From NCBI GenBank assembly GCA_024400815.1, contig JAKSMD010000001.1, positions 31,310 through 95,309 of the forward strand: 64,000 nucleotides of DNA, in the 5' to 3' direction. The notes beneath the pieces are model-generated. The model was not told the origin of the DNA. It saw nothing but the letters and a program-made list of their open reading frames with translations, and did not search any database. Both the position numbers and the translations under genes were made by a program. Source of the DNA: Bacteroidales bacterium. GTDB lineage: Bacteria; Bacteroidota; Bacteroidia; Bacteroidales; WCHB1-69. Shown in pieces: positions 26,736-35,761 of this stretch (position 1 is its first letter; each line of letters starts with the position of its first letter).

Positions 26736-29471
26736 TTGTTTGACAAAAAAACGAAAATTTTGAAACAGAGCAACAACATATTCTACCCCATCCTCGTGTT
26801 CCTGTTAGGCATTGCCATTGCGGGACTTACGGGATGTTCTACTTCAAAGAACACCTTCCCGAACAGGGCATATCACAATGTGACGTGCAAATACAATGTC
26901 TATTGGAACGGCAATCAGGCCATGAAAGGTGCGGAAGCCGAATTCGCCAAAATTGCGAAAGACAACTACACCGCCACGCTGCCGGTTTACAACTACCCTG
27001 ACAAAAGCGATTTAGGTCCCTGTTTGCCGCATCTCGACCGCACCATCGAGAAATCTTCCAAAGCCATCTTCAAGCACTCCATGCTGATTCGCGGGAAAGA
27101 GTATGTCAAATCCATCGACGACGCCTACTTGATTATGGGCAAGGCCTATTTCTACAAACAAGACTACCCACAAGCGCAGCGTATTTTCAACTACATCCTC
27201 AACAACTACCCGAAATCGAACACCTACAATGAGGCCGCTGTTCTGTTGGCGCGTACCGCCATGCGCCAGGAATATTATGCCAGCGCAGACGAACAATTGG
27301 AGAACCTTCACTATTTAGCCACCAACAAGAAAAACAAGAAATTCAATGTGCTGTTCAATGCCGCCAAGGCAGAATACCACCTCACCGCCCCGGATGGCGA
27401 TGTGATGGAGGCCATCGACTTTCTTAACGGCGCCATTGCCTCGCACCCAGATCGCGAATTCAAGTCCCGCCTGGAATTGATTTTAGGCGAACTCTACGAA
27501 AAGATCGGGCAACAAGCAGATGCTCAAAAATGTTTCACTAATGTCATCAAGAAATCTTCCACCTATGAAATGGTGTTCTGCGCTCAGATGCACTTGGCCT
27601 CCAACTATGACGGCAGCGAATCTGCACACAACGCCATCATGAAGCAATTCAAAAAAATGCTGGCAGAAAAGAAAAACGAAGATTTCAAAGACCAAATCTA
27701 CTATGCCTGCTCTGAAATCGCTCGCATTGACGAAGATGACACCACACGTAAGAACTACTTGGCAAAATCTGTAGCAGCCTACACCAACAACAACTATCAA
27801 CGCACTTTTTCCAGCATCACGCTGGCAGACCTATACTTTGCAGAAAATGAGTACCGCAAAGCACAAGACTATTACGACACCGCTGCGCTTTCCATTCCAA
27901 AGAATTATCCAAACTACGATGAGATTATCAAGAAGGCCAATGTGCTCAAAGACCTAGTCACCAAATTGGATGAAATTGATTTGCAAGATAGCTTGCAGCG
28001 CATCGCCAAAATGCCTGAAGCCAAACGAAACGCTTGGGTAAAGAAAATGATAGCCGACTATACTGAAGCCGAACGTAAAGCCGCTGCCGAAGAAGCAGAA
28101 AGAATGTTGGCCATGCAAAACGCCTCATCTTACACCAACATCAACACGACCTCATCCAACGGCAAATGGTATTTCTACAACCAGTCTTTGGTAACTGCCG
28201 GACAACAGGACTTCTACAGACGATGGGGTAACCGTAAGTTGGAAGACAACTGGTTTATTTCCAACAAGCAGCAAATCTCCTTCGACGACATGGCTGTGCT
28301 CAACGACCCGAGCTTGGCCCAAGACACTGTTGAATACGACGAAGACGGCAATCCTATTCCTAAACGCGAGACAGACCCGAAAAAGGAGGCCTATTATCTC
28401 CAAGACCTCCCACTCACGCCGGGCGCTATTGACACCTCCAACAGCATTATCGCCCGTGACCTTTACGAAGCCGGCTTCATCTATCAAGACTTGCTTACAG
28501 ACATGCCGCGCGCCTGCGAATGTTTCGAATCCCTGCTCAAGCGATTCCCCGAATCCGAATATGCATTGCCGTGTACGTACCTGTTGTACTCTATCTACAA
28601 AAACGGTCTCGACCAAGGAAAAGCCGAACACTACAAAGACATCCTCCTAACCAAATATCCTGACACCGATTACGCCAAATTGATTCAAGACCCTCACTAC
28701 TATGAGCGATTGGCCGAACGCGCTAAACAATTGGAAAAGGATTACGAAAGGGCCTACACGGACTTCAACAACAAACAATGGCGTTCCGTGGTACAAAACG
28801 CCAATACGGCCATTCCACAATGTCCCAATCCAACTTTGAAATCCAAATTCTGCTACCTGAAAGCAGTGGCTTCCGGACAGGTCTATAACGAAGACTCTTT
28901 AATCGTAGGATTGCAGCAAGTCGTTGCCGACTTCCCAACGGAGCCGGTGGCTGAATTGGCTCGGATTTATCTGGCCGACTTAGGTCCTGCCAAGACAAAT
29001 CCGCAAAAAGACGAATCTAAAGATAATGACAAAGGCGGTAAAGACGGCAAAAACACAACCACACCCGCTACTAGCGCACCTGCTATCGCCAGTCCATTTA
29101 CCTATAAAGCCGATGAAATGCATTATATCATCCTGTTAGTAAAAACGGCAAACCTGCCTGTTCAAAATGTCAAATTGAACATCACCAATTTCAACAAGAC
29201 CTATTTCAGTTTGCAGCGTTTCAATGTTAGCAGTTTTTACATCAACAACACGCAACAGATGATAACCATTGCGAAATTTTCCAATGCGCAAGCAGCCCTT
29301 GACTACTACAACATCATTGTGAAAGACTCCCTGTTCGTGAATGACATCAACAACTTGAACATCGAAGTTTATCCTATGGGCGCAACAAACTACACCACCT
29401 ACTACAACAACAAGGACGGCCGCGTATTTTATGATGCCTTTTTCAAAGAAAATTACCTCAAGATAAAATAA
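26736..29471 (+). CDS. porW: TPR-containing lipoprotein, T9SS PorW/SprE-like
   Basis: Lipobox LTGC followed by STSKNTFPNRAYHNVTCKYNVYWNG, which I recall as the SprE/PorW N-terminal signature. TPR-like repeats, 911 aa, TTG start. Confidence 0.7.
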   Translation: MFDKKTKILKQSNNIFYPILVFLLGIAIAGLTGCSTSKNTFPNRAYHNVTCKYNVYWNGNQAMKGAEAEFAKIAKDNYTATLPVYNYPDKSDLGPCLPHLDRTIEKSSKAIFKHSMLIRGKEYVKSIDDAYLIMGKAYFYKQDYPQAQRIFNYILNNYPKSNTYNEAAVLLARTAMRQEYYASADEQLENLHYLATNKKNKKFNVLFNAAKAEYHLTAPDGDVMEAIDFLNGAIASHPDREFKSRLELILGELYEKIGQQADAQKCFTNVIKKSSTYEMVFCAQMHLASNYDGSESAHNAIMKQFKKMLAEKKNEDFKDQIYYACSEIARIDEDDTTRKNYLAKSVAAYTNNNYQRTFSSITLADLYFAENEYRKAQDYYDTAALSIPKNYPNYDEIIKKANVLKDLVTKLDEIDLQDSLQRIAKMPEAKRNAWVKKMIADYTEAERKAAAEEAERMLAMQNASSYTNINTTSSNGKWYFYNQSLVTAGQQDFYRRWGNRKLEDNWFISNKQQISFDDMAVLNDPSLAQDTVEYDEDGNPIPKRETDPKKEAYYLQDLPLTPGAIDTSNSIIARDLYEAGFIYQDLLTDMPRACECFESLLKRFPESEYALPCTYLLYSIYKNGLDQGKAEHYKDILLTKYPDTDYAKLIQDPHYYERLAERAKQLEKDYERAYTDFNNKQWRSVVQNANTAIPQCPNPTLKSKFCYLKAVASGQVYNEDSLIVGLQQVVADFPTEPVAELARIYLADLGPAKTNPQKDESKDNDKGGKDGKNTTTPATSAPAIASPFTYKADEMHYIILLVKTANLPVQNVKLNITNFNKTYFSLQRFNVSSFYINNTQQMITIAKFSNAQAALDYYNIIVKDSLFVNDINNLNIEVYPMGATNYTTYYNNKDGRVFYDAFFKENYLKIK

Positions 29472-29488
29472 CCTTAAAAATACAAGAC

Positions 29489-29878
29489 ATGAAAGAAGTT
29501 GATCAAAAAGAATTCGGGGCTGTAAATATTATCGCCAAAGGCACCCAATTGCAAGGCAATTTAATTACCAACGGCGATTGCCGCATCGATGGTATGATTA
29601 AAGGCAACGTATCATCCAAAGCCAAAATCATCATTGGACAAAGCGGTATCGTAGAGGGCAATATCGTTTGCGCCAACATCGAAATCGAAGGCAATGTGAA
29701 AGCGGAATCTTTGACCGTTCAAGAATTGATTTCATTGAAATCTACAGCCAACTTGGTAGGCAACATCACCGCCAACAAAATCGCCATTGAACCGGGTGCT
29801 GAATTTTCCGGCAATTGCAGAATGAACAATCAAAAGAACGCAGCGCCTGCCGCTCCAACAGCACCTGCTGAAAAATAA
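29489..29878 (+). CDS. bactofilin-family polymer-forming protein
   Basis: Repetitive beta-helix pattern: GNLITNGDCRIDGMIKGNV...IVEGNIVCANIEIEGNV... Confidence 0.85.
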   Translation: MKEVDQKEFGAVNIIAKGTQLQGNLITNGDCRIDGMIKGNVSSKAKIIIGQSGIVEGNIVCANIEIEGNVKAESLTVQELISLKSTANLVGNITANKIAIEPGAEFSGNCRMNNQKNAAPAAPTAPAEK

Positions 29879-29887
29879 GACGAGCTT

Positions 29888-30142
29888 ATGCCCGAGCCCA
29901 ATGCCAGCAAACGCAACCCATTAAACAGCTATGTGGTGTACTCCAACATGGCGATTGAAATGGGTGTCATTATTGCTATAGGCGTATTTGGCGGCATCAA
30001 GTTGGATAAGTGGCTGGACAAGTCGCCCCTCTTCACCTTGATATGCTCCTTGGCCGCGGTTGCCATTGCCATGTACACCATCATTAAAGAAGTCACTAAA
30101 ACGAATAAAAATTCCAATAATGAGTCAAAAGATACCCATTAA
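29888..30142 (+). CDS. AtpZ/AtpI-family small membrane protein
   Basis: 84 aa, two TM helices, YSNMAIEMGVIIAIGVFGGIKLDKWL pattern. Confidence 0.7.
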   Translation: MPEPNASKRNPLNSYVVYSNMAIEMGVIIAIGVFGGIKLDKWLDKSPLFTLICSLAAVAIAMYTIIKEVTKTNKNSNNESKDTH

Positions 30143-30515
30143 AAAATTCTCTTTCCGAATCTTGGTATTCTCCGTCATCATTGCCGGACTCTCACTTCTT
30201 TTCCAAATCATCTGCCCAAAAATCGCATCTCCCGCACTGCCCTTCATCGTGCTGTTCTTTATGATTATCACCCTTTTTACGATGTACATCGTGCTCCATG
30301 ACGACAAAGCCAAAGCCGAAAAGAGATTCGTATCCAACTATCTTCTTTCACGCATCATAAAACTCATCTCCTGCCTGCTCTTTGTCGTTTTATATGTCAT
30401 CCTCAACCGCAAAGACGCCTGGAACTTTGCCATTGCCTTCCTCGTCATCTACTTCCTGTATTCCATCTTCGAAGTCGTTGTGCTGAAAAAGGAGAATCAG
30501 GAACTTTCCAAGTAG
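30120..30515 (+). CDS. hypothetical 4-TM membrane protein
   Basis: From the internal Met, MSQKIPIKKFSFRILVFSVIIAGL; overlaps the upstream gene by 23 nt. Confidence 0.6.
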   Translation: MSQKIPIKKFSFRILVFSVIIAGLSLLFQIICPKIASPALPFIVLFFMIITLFTMYIVLHDDKAKAEKRFVSNYLLSRIIKLISCLLFVVLYVILNRKDAWNFAIAFLVIYFLYSIFEVVVLKKENQELSK

Positions 30516-30526
30516 GTTTCAAGAGT

Positions 30527-30580
30527 GTAGGGACGCAATTTATTGCGTCCGACAACCCAAAGTTTCAGGTTTCAAGTTTA
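30527..30580 (+). repeat. hairpin plus (GTTTCAR)x3 module, copy 1 (terminator-like)
   Basis: GGACGCAAT-TT-ATTGCGTCC is a 9-bp stem 11 nt after a stop codon, followed by GTTTCAG GTTTCAA GTTTAAT. Paralogous to 33456..33507. Confidence 0.8.
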
Positions 30581-30646
30581 ATATTACCGACTTAGTTTCT
30601 TAATTTCCCTTTCAGTTCACTGTTCACTAATCACAGCTCACTAAAT

Positions 30647-31834
30647 ATGAATACGTCAAGAAAACTCAAAGAAGACTTGTTTTACATTGGGGCCTCTGAC
30701 AGAAGATTGGCTCTTTTTGAAAATATGATGCCTATTCCAAGAGGCGTGTCTTATAATTCATACGTCTTGTTGGACGACAAAACTGTGCTTTTGGACACGG
30801 CCGACAACTCCGTTGCCGCACAATTTTTAGAAAACCTCCAATGCACCCTCAACGGCCGTGCGCTCGACTATATGGTCATTCACCACGTGGAGCCCGACCA
30901 CTTGGCATTGGTAGAAGAGGTTATCGTGCGCCATCCGAACGTGACTGTTGTTTGCAGCGCGCAGGCTGCCAAGTTCATCCAGCAGTTTTTCAACCTCAAC
31001 ATCACGAACCAGCTGCAGATTGTAAAAGAGGGCGACACGCTCTGCACGGGCCACCATACCTTCACCTTTGTGGCCGCCCCAATGGTTCATTGGCCGGAAG
31101 TTCTTGTCTCCTACGAATCCGAATACAAGATTTTGTTCTCCGCCGACGCCTTCGGCACTTTCGGCGCATTGTGTGGCAACTTGTACGCTGACGAGGTGAA
31201 CTTCGACCGCGACTGGCTGAAAGACGCCCGCCGCTATTATACTAATATTGTAGGCAAATACGGGGCGCAAGTACAGAACACGCTGAAGAAGGCCGCCACG
31301 TTGGACATCGCAATGATTTGTCCGCTGCACGGTCCCATCTGGCGCGAGAACATCGGCTACTTCATCGACAAATACGACAAGTGGAGCAAATACGAGCCCG
31401 AAAGCGAATCCATTATGATTGTCTATGGTTCTCTTTACGGCCACACTGAATCCGCCGCCACCTACGTAGCCAACCAGCTGGCAGAGAAGGGTCACAAGGA
31501 CATCCGTATGTACGATGTTTCCGGCACACACGTCTCCTATATGGTATCTGACGCGTTCCGCTGCAGCCACATAATATTAGTGGCCCCAACTTACAACGGA
31601 GGACTGTATCCGCCAATGGAAAACTTCCTGTTGGATTTGAAGGCACACAACTTGCAAAACCGCACCTTTGCCGTCATTGAAAACGGCACATGGGCACCGC
31701 AGGCCGCCAAGGAAATCCAAAAGATTTTAGACGAAATGAAAAACAACAAATTGATCGAACCCATCATCTCCATCAAATCTTCTATGAAAGAGGAACAGAT
31801 CTCAGAAGTGCAGCAATTGATTGAGAATTTGTAA
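30647..31834 (+). CDS. FprA-type flavodiiron protein (metallo-beta-lactamase-like plus flavodoxin-like domains)
   Basis: HHVEPDH di-iron motif and a C-terminal flavodoxin-like IVYGSLYGHTE, 395 aa. Confidence 0.9.
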   Translation: MNTSRKLKEDLFYIGASDRRLALFENMMPIPRGVSYNSYVLLDDKTVLLDTADNSVAAQFLENLQCTLNGRALDYMVIHHVEPDHLALVEEVIVRHPNVTVVCSAQAAKFIQQFFNLNITNQLQIVKEGDTLCTGHHTFTFVAAPMVHWPEVLVSYESEYKILFSADAFGTFGALCGNLYADEVNFDRDWLKDARRYYTNIVGKYGAQVQNTLKKAATLDIAMICPLHGPIWRENIGYFIDKYDKWSKYEPESESIMIVYGSLYGHTESAATYVANQLAEKGHKDIRMYDVSGTHVSYMVSDAFRCSHIILVAPTYNGGLYPPMENFLLDLKAHNLQNRTFAVIENGTWAPQAAKEIQKILDEMKNNKLIEPIISIKSSMKEEQISEVQQLIENL

Positions 31835-31899
31835 TTTGAGGATACCGGAGTAATCACTTTTTTGTATTTTCGCAGCCTGGATTCAAACGACATAAAACT

Positions 31900-33453
31900 A
31901 TGGGACAGAAACTACCAATCGGCATACAGAATTTTGAGGACCTGAGAAACAAAGGGTTCAAATATGTGGATAAGACAGCCCTTGTATATAAACTGGTGAC
32001 AGAAGGCAAATACTACTTTCTATCGCGTCCTCGTCGTTTCGGAAAGAGCCTACTACTCAGTACAATAGAAGCACATCTTCAAGGCAAGCGCGAATTGTTT
32101 GAAGGTCTCGCCTTAGCTGATTTGGAAAGCGATTGGATTGAATATCCAATTCTGCACCTGGATTTGAACACGGAAACGTACAATACTCCAACAACCCTTT
32201 TGGACAAATTGAGCACAACGCTCAGTTCATGGGAATCACAATATGGAAGTTGCGAATATGAAAAATCTTTGCCGACAAGATTTGAGGGCATCATCCGTCG
32301 GGCCTACGAGAAGACCGGCCGCCAGGTGGTGATTTTGGTTGATGAGTACGACAAACCGCTGCTACAGGCCATCGGCAACACGGAGCTGCAGGATGCCTAC
32401 CGCGCCACGCTCAAGGGCTTCTACGGTGCACTCAAATCTATGGACCGCTGCATCCGCTTCGCCTTCCTCACGGGCGTCACCAAGTTCGGCAAGGTCAGCG
32501 TATTCAGCGACCTTAACAACCTGCGGGACATCTCTATGCTTGCCCAATATCACGACATTTGTGGCATCACCGAAGAGGAACTTCGCACGAATTTCGAGGT
32601 GGAAATCTCGGAACTTGCAGAAGCCCAGAATATGACCATCGATGAGGCCTACGCCGCACTTCGCGAAAATTACGACGGATACCATTTCTGCAAAGAAAAC
32701 CTGCCCGGCATATACAATCCTTTCAGTCTGCTCAATGCCTTTGCAAGTCGGACTATGGACTATTACTGGTTCGAGACCGGCACACCGACCTACCTGATGG
32801 AACTGCTCAAAATACATCATTACAACCTCGCCCGTATTGAGAAAGAGGAAGTCGTCAGTGATGTGCTCAACAGCGTGGATATCGCCTCCACCAACCCGTT
32901 GCCCGTCATCTATCAGAGCGGCTACCTGACCATCAAAGGCTATGACAGCGACTTCGGTCTCTCTCGGCTCGGGTTCCCAAACAAGGAGGTCAAGCCGGGC
33001 TTTGTTCGTTTCCTCATTCCGAGTTACACCAACGTCGATGCCGTAGGCTCCGTCTTCGAGATCAGCCGCTTTGTGCGCTCGTTGCGCGAGGGCGACATTG
33101 AGGGCTTTATGGAGCGCCTGCAGTCGTTCCTCAGCGCCTGTCCCTATGAGCTGGAACCCGAACAGGAACGCCACTTCCAGAGCGTGATGTTCATACTCAC
33201 CGCCCTGTGCGGCTACCACGTGCAAATTGAGGAACACACCAACAAGGGCCGTATGGATATGACCGTGCAGACCAAGGACTATGTCTATATCTTCGAGTTC
33301 AAGTTCAACAAATCGGCGGAAGAAGCCCTCGCCCAAATTGACGAGAAGGGCTATGCCGAACGTTTCCAAAACGACGAACGGACCCTGATGAAAATCGGTG
33401 TGAATTACAGCACGGCGGAGAGGAACATCAATGAGTGGAAAATCAAACGGTGA
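31900..33453 (+). CDS. AAA-ATPase-like N-terminal domain plus PD-(D/E)XK nuclease-like C-terminal domain protein (DUF1703-type, common Bacteroidales paralog family)
   Basis: KLPIGIQNFEDLRNKGFKYVDKT...YFLSRPRRFGKSLLLST at the N-terminus; C-terminal GRMDMTVQTKDYVYIFEFKF. Confidence 0.85.
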   Translation: MGQKLPIGIQNFEDLRNKGFKYVDKTALVYKLVTEGKYYFLSRPRRFGKSLLLSTIEAHLQGKRELFEGLALADLESDWIEYPILHLDLNTETYNTPTTLLDKLSTTLSSWESQYGSCEYEKSLPTRFEGIIRRAYEKTGRQVVILVDEYDKPLLQAIGNTELQDAYRATLKGFYGALKSMDRCIRFAFLTGVTKFGKVSVFSDLNNLRDISMLAQYHDICGITEEELRTNFEVEISELAEAQNMTIDEAYAALRENYDGYHFCKENLPGIYNPFSLLNAFASRTMDYYWFETGTPTYLMELLKIHHYNLARIEKEEVVSDVLNSVDIASTNPLPVIYQSGYLTIKGYDSDFGLSRLGFPNKEVKPGFVRFLIPSYTNVDAVGSVFEISRFVRSLREGDIEGFMERLQSFLSACPYELEPEQERHFQSVMFILTALCGYHVQIEEHTNKGRMDMTVQTKDYVYIFEFKFNKSAEEALAQIDEKGYAERFQNDERTLMKIGVNYSTAERNINEWKIKR

Positions 33454-33455
33454 TC

Positions 33456-33507
33456 GTAGGGACGCGATTCATCGCGTCCGCCAATTGGTTTCAAGTTTCA
33501 AGTTTTA
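33456..33507 (+). repeat. hairpin plus (GTTTCAR)x3 module, copy 2 (terminator-like)
   Basis: GGACGCGAT-TC-ATCGCGTCC is a 9-bp stem 3 nt after a stop codon, followed by GTTTCAA GTTTCAA GTTTTAG. Confidence 0.8.
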
Positions 33508-33590
33508 GTTGAGCCTCCACAGATACTTTGAGCCGTGCTTGAGGGCAATATGTTTTAAATTTGAATTTGTCTTACACTAATGTTTAACTA

Positions 33591-34307
33591 ATGAAAACAA
33601 CACTTGAATTATTAGAATCATCCTCTCCCAACGATAACTCAAAAGGGTTTCATAAACTTCGTAAAAAACAATTTATACGAAATCCCGAATTGAAAATCAT
33701 TTTGCAAAATAAGAATCGTCAGTTGGTTGGAGATTTCCTATTAAATTACAAATACTTCACCTCAAATAATATATCCGCAATACATCAATTTATTCTTCAA
33801 AACTTATCAAATACGGATAAATTATTTGTTTCTGATCTAATAGATTTTGCAATTGATTATCAGTTGCCAATTCCTGTTCGCCAATGTTATAGCCTACTTG
33901 AATGCTTTGGTAATGACAACGATTACCCTCAAATATCGTTCTTGGATTACTTACTGGTAAACAGGCCTGCAGTTGACTGTAAAAAATTAGAACGTCTGCT
34001 AAATAACATAATTGACAACAAACGCTATAGCATATATGCTCAATTAAGAGCTTCTATCCTTCTATATGAACTCAATCAAAAGAAACGATACGTTTTCAAT
34101 GTGATAGCATACACACAAATTGACGATGCCTGTAAAATTCTTTTAGACAACATTTTATCTAGCATTCAAGAAACTAAAATCCATCGTGCGTACGGTTCTG
34201 TTTTAAATCAAATTTCAAAAGACAAACTAACCCTTATTTATCCTATTAGCAAATGTGGATTATGTCCAAAGCAGAGTTCATTAATATTAAATTCTTATGC
34301 AGACTGA
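33591..34307 (+). CDS. hypothetical protein (AT-rich island)
   Basis: 238-aa ORF, helical and Leu/Asn-rich, no recognisable motif. Confidence 0.55.
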   Translation: MKTTLELLESSSPNDNSKGFHKLRKKQFIRNPELKIILQNKNRQLVGDFLLNYKYFTSNNISAIHQFILQNLSNTDKLFVSDLIDFAIDYQLPIPVRQCYSLLECFGNDNDYPQISFLDYLLVNRPAVDCKKLERLLNNIIDNKRYSIYAQLRASILLYELNQKKRYVFNVIAYTQIDDACKILLDNILSSIQETKIHRAYGSVLNQISKDKLTLIYPISKCGLCPKQSSLILNSYAD

Positions 34308-34644
34308 TTTCTTGAAGAATGCCTTAACTTTCCGCCATATTGGGCGAACCCATTGTGGTGGTGCCGTAAATTATTCTTCAATTCTACGCATCGGAGATAC
34401 AAGATTTCTATAGCCGCACTTACAATGTGGGGAAGGATGATGAACTCTCTATCTCCGATAAGACTGATGTGCGGAGGCATTCCGTGACCGCTGACAAACA
34501 AATATGCTTTTCAGCACCTAAATCCATATAGAATTCATCACCTAGGACGATAATATATTTCTAGACGGTATCACCAACAGGAGTAATCACCACGGAAATA
34601 CGATGGATTTCCTCGGTACCGAATGAATATAATGCACATTTGGA
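34295..34644 (-). pseudogene. decayed gene remnant (in-frame TAG plus frameshift) abutting the IS element
   Basis: One frame reads ...EEIHRISVVITPVGDTV*KYIIVLGDEFYMDLGAEKHI. It continues after a 1-nt shift at the T-run near 34500 as LFVSGHGMPPHISLIGDREFIILPH... (the track ORF 34295..34501). Confidence 0.5.
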
Positions 34645-34676
34645 TCAGGCAATAACTTATTTAATAAGATTTTATA

Positions 34677-35712
34677 ACCCGTTGGCGGAATTAATCCAGT
34701 GCGTATTTAACTCTGCCAATCGGTTTGTTGTTGATATAATTGAAATATTGAGCAATGGTCTGCGCACTGATTTTGCCGATAATGCGGGCAAACAGGCCAT
34801 CGGTTTGTTTAGCGTAGTTTCTTATAACCATATATTGATCGGTTAATTGTGAGAAGTTTGTTTCAACTCTCTTTCTTGCTTTGGCAAAAGGCTGAAATGT
34901 AGGCTTCCAATCCTTTTGGTTCAAGCGGTATGGGCATTCGAGACGTATGTTCGCGGTCTCAAACAGGTCGAGCTGGATGTCCGCGCTGATGTAAGCCTTG
35001 TCCCCGAAAATGCTGCAATCATGATATGTGGACCTTATGTCTTTTAGATAATGGATGTCGTGGACACTGGCCTTGGACAGGTCATAGGAATGCACCACGC
35101 CGCTTAATTCACACAGTTCGTGCAGCTTATAGCCAAAATAATAGACATTTTGAGAGGCGCAAAAGCCGAAGTCTAGTGCTGTTGAGAACTCTTCCTTACC
35201 CATCTTGCATCTTTTCCCTCTTGAAGTCCGGCTTACGGGTATGGGCTTGGAATCCACACAGAAGTAGTCCTCTCCTCCATCTATTTCATAGGCAATCCTC
35301 TTGCGTATCTGCTCGCATAATCCGCTAGTGATTTTTCTGCGATCGTTATGTTGCCTCCGCGATATCAGATTTGGAAAGTCTGATTTGCAATGTTTTAGGA
35401 GTTCGAACAGGCGATTCTCACTGTCTATGCTTTCTGACTCTGCTGTCATGGGCATGGCGATGACTTCGAGATCGAAGAATTTTGGAACAACACCCCGGCG
35501 CGGTATATTGCCCAGGTCGTTCACCAGATCAGTTGAGAATTTTTTGCAGGTTTCAAGAATTTTTGCGAATTTTGCAGCGAAGTTGTACATGATTTGAACT
35601 AATATTTCAACTGTCTTTTCAACCGCTAAAATACTAAATTTCAATGAAATGTATAACTTTTATTCATATCTTTGTCTATTTTTTTCATGCAAAATCAATT
35701 CTGCCAACGGGT
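34677..35712 (-). mobile_element. IS982-family-like insertion sequence (1036 bp)
   Basis: Terminal inverted repeats: ACCCGTTGGCGGAATTAAT (34677..34695) against the reverse complement of 35694..35712, ACCCGTTGGCAGAATTGAT. That is 17/19 identical. They enclose a single DDE transposase gene. Confidence 0.8.
34691..35644 (-). CDS. DDE transposase, IS982-family-like
   Basis: 317 aa. DSKPIPV, YYFGYKLH, IFGDKAYIS and RKRVETNFSQL form a D-D-E pattern. The stop codon lies inside the left IR. Confidence 0.8.
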   Translation of the reverse strand: MKFSILAVEKTVEILVQIMYNFAAKFAKILETCKKFSTDLVNDLGNIPRRGVVPKFFDLEVIAMPMTAESESIDSENRLFELLKHCKSDFPNLISRRQHNDRRKITSGLCEQIRKRIAYEIDGGEDYFCVDSKPIPVSRTSRGKRCKMGKEEFSTALDFGFCASQNVYYFGYKLHELCELSGVVHSYDLSKASVHDIHYLKDIRSTYHDCSIFGDKAYISADIQLDLFETANIRLECPYRLNQKDWKPTFQPFAKARKRVETNFSQLTDQYMVIRNYAKQTDGLFARIIGKISAQTIAQYFNYINNKPIGRVKYALD

Positions 35713-35761
35713 AAGAGAATTATTTTCATAATTTTGCCGTTGAATAAAAGTACTAAATATT

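Noticed and set aside
34670-35720. Target-site duplication flanking the IS982-like element
   Set aside because: The sequences immediately outside the IRs (ttttata and aagagaa) do not match, so no TSD is claimed.
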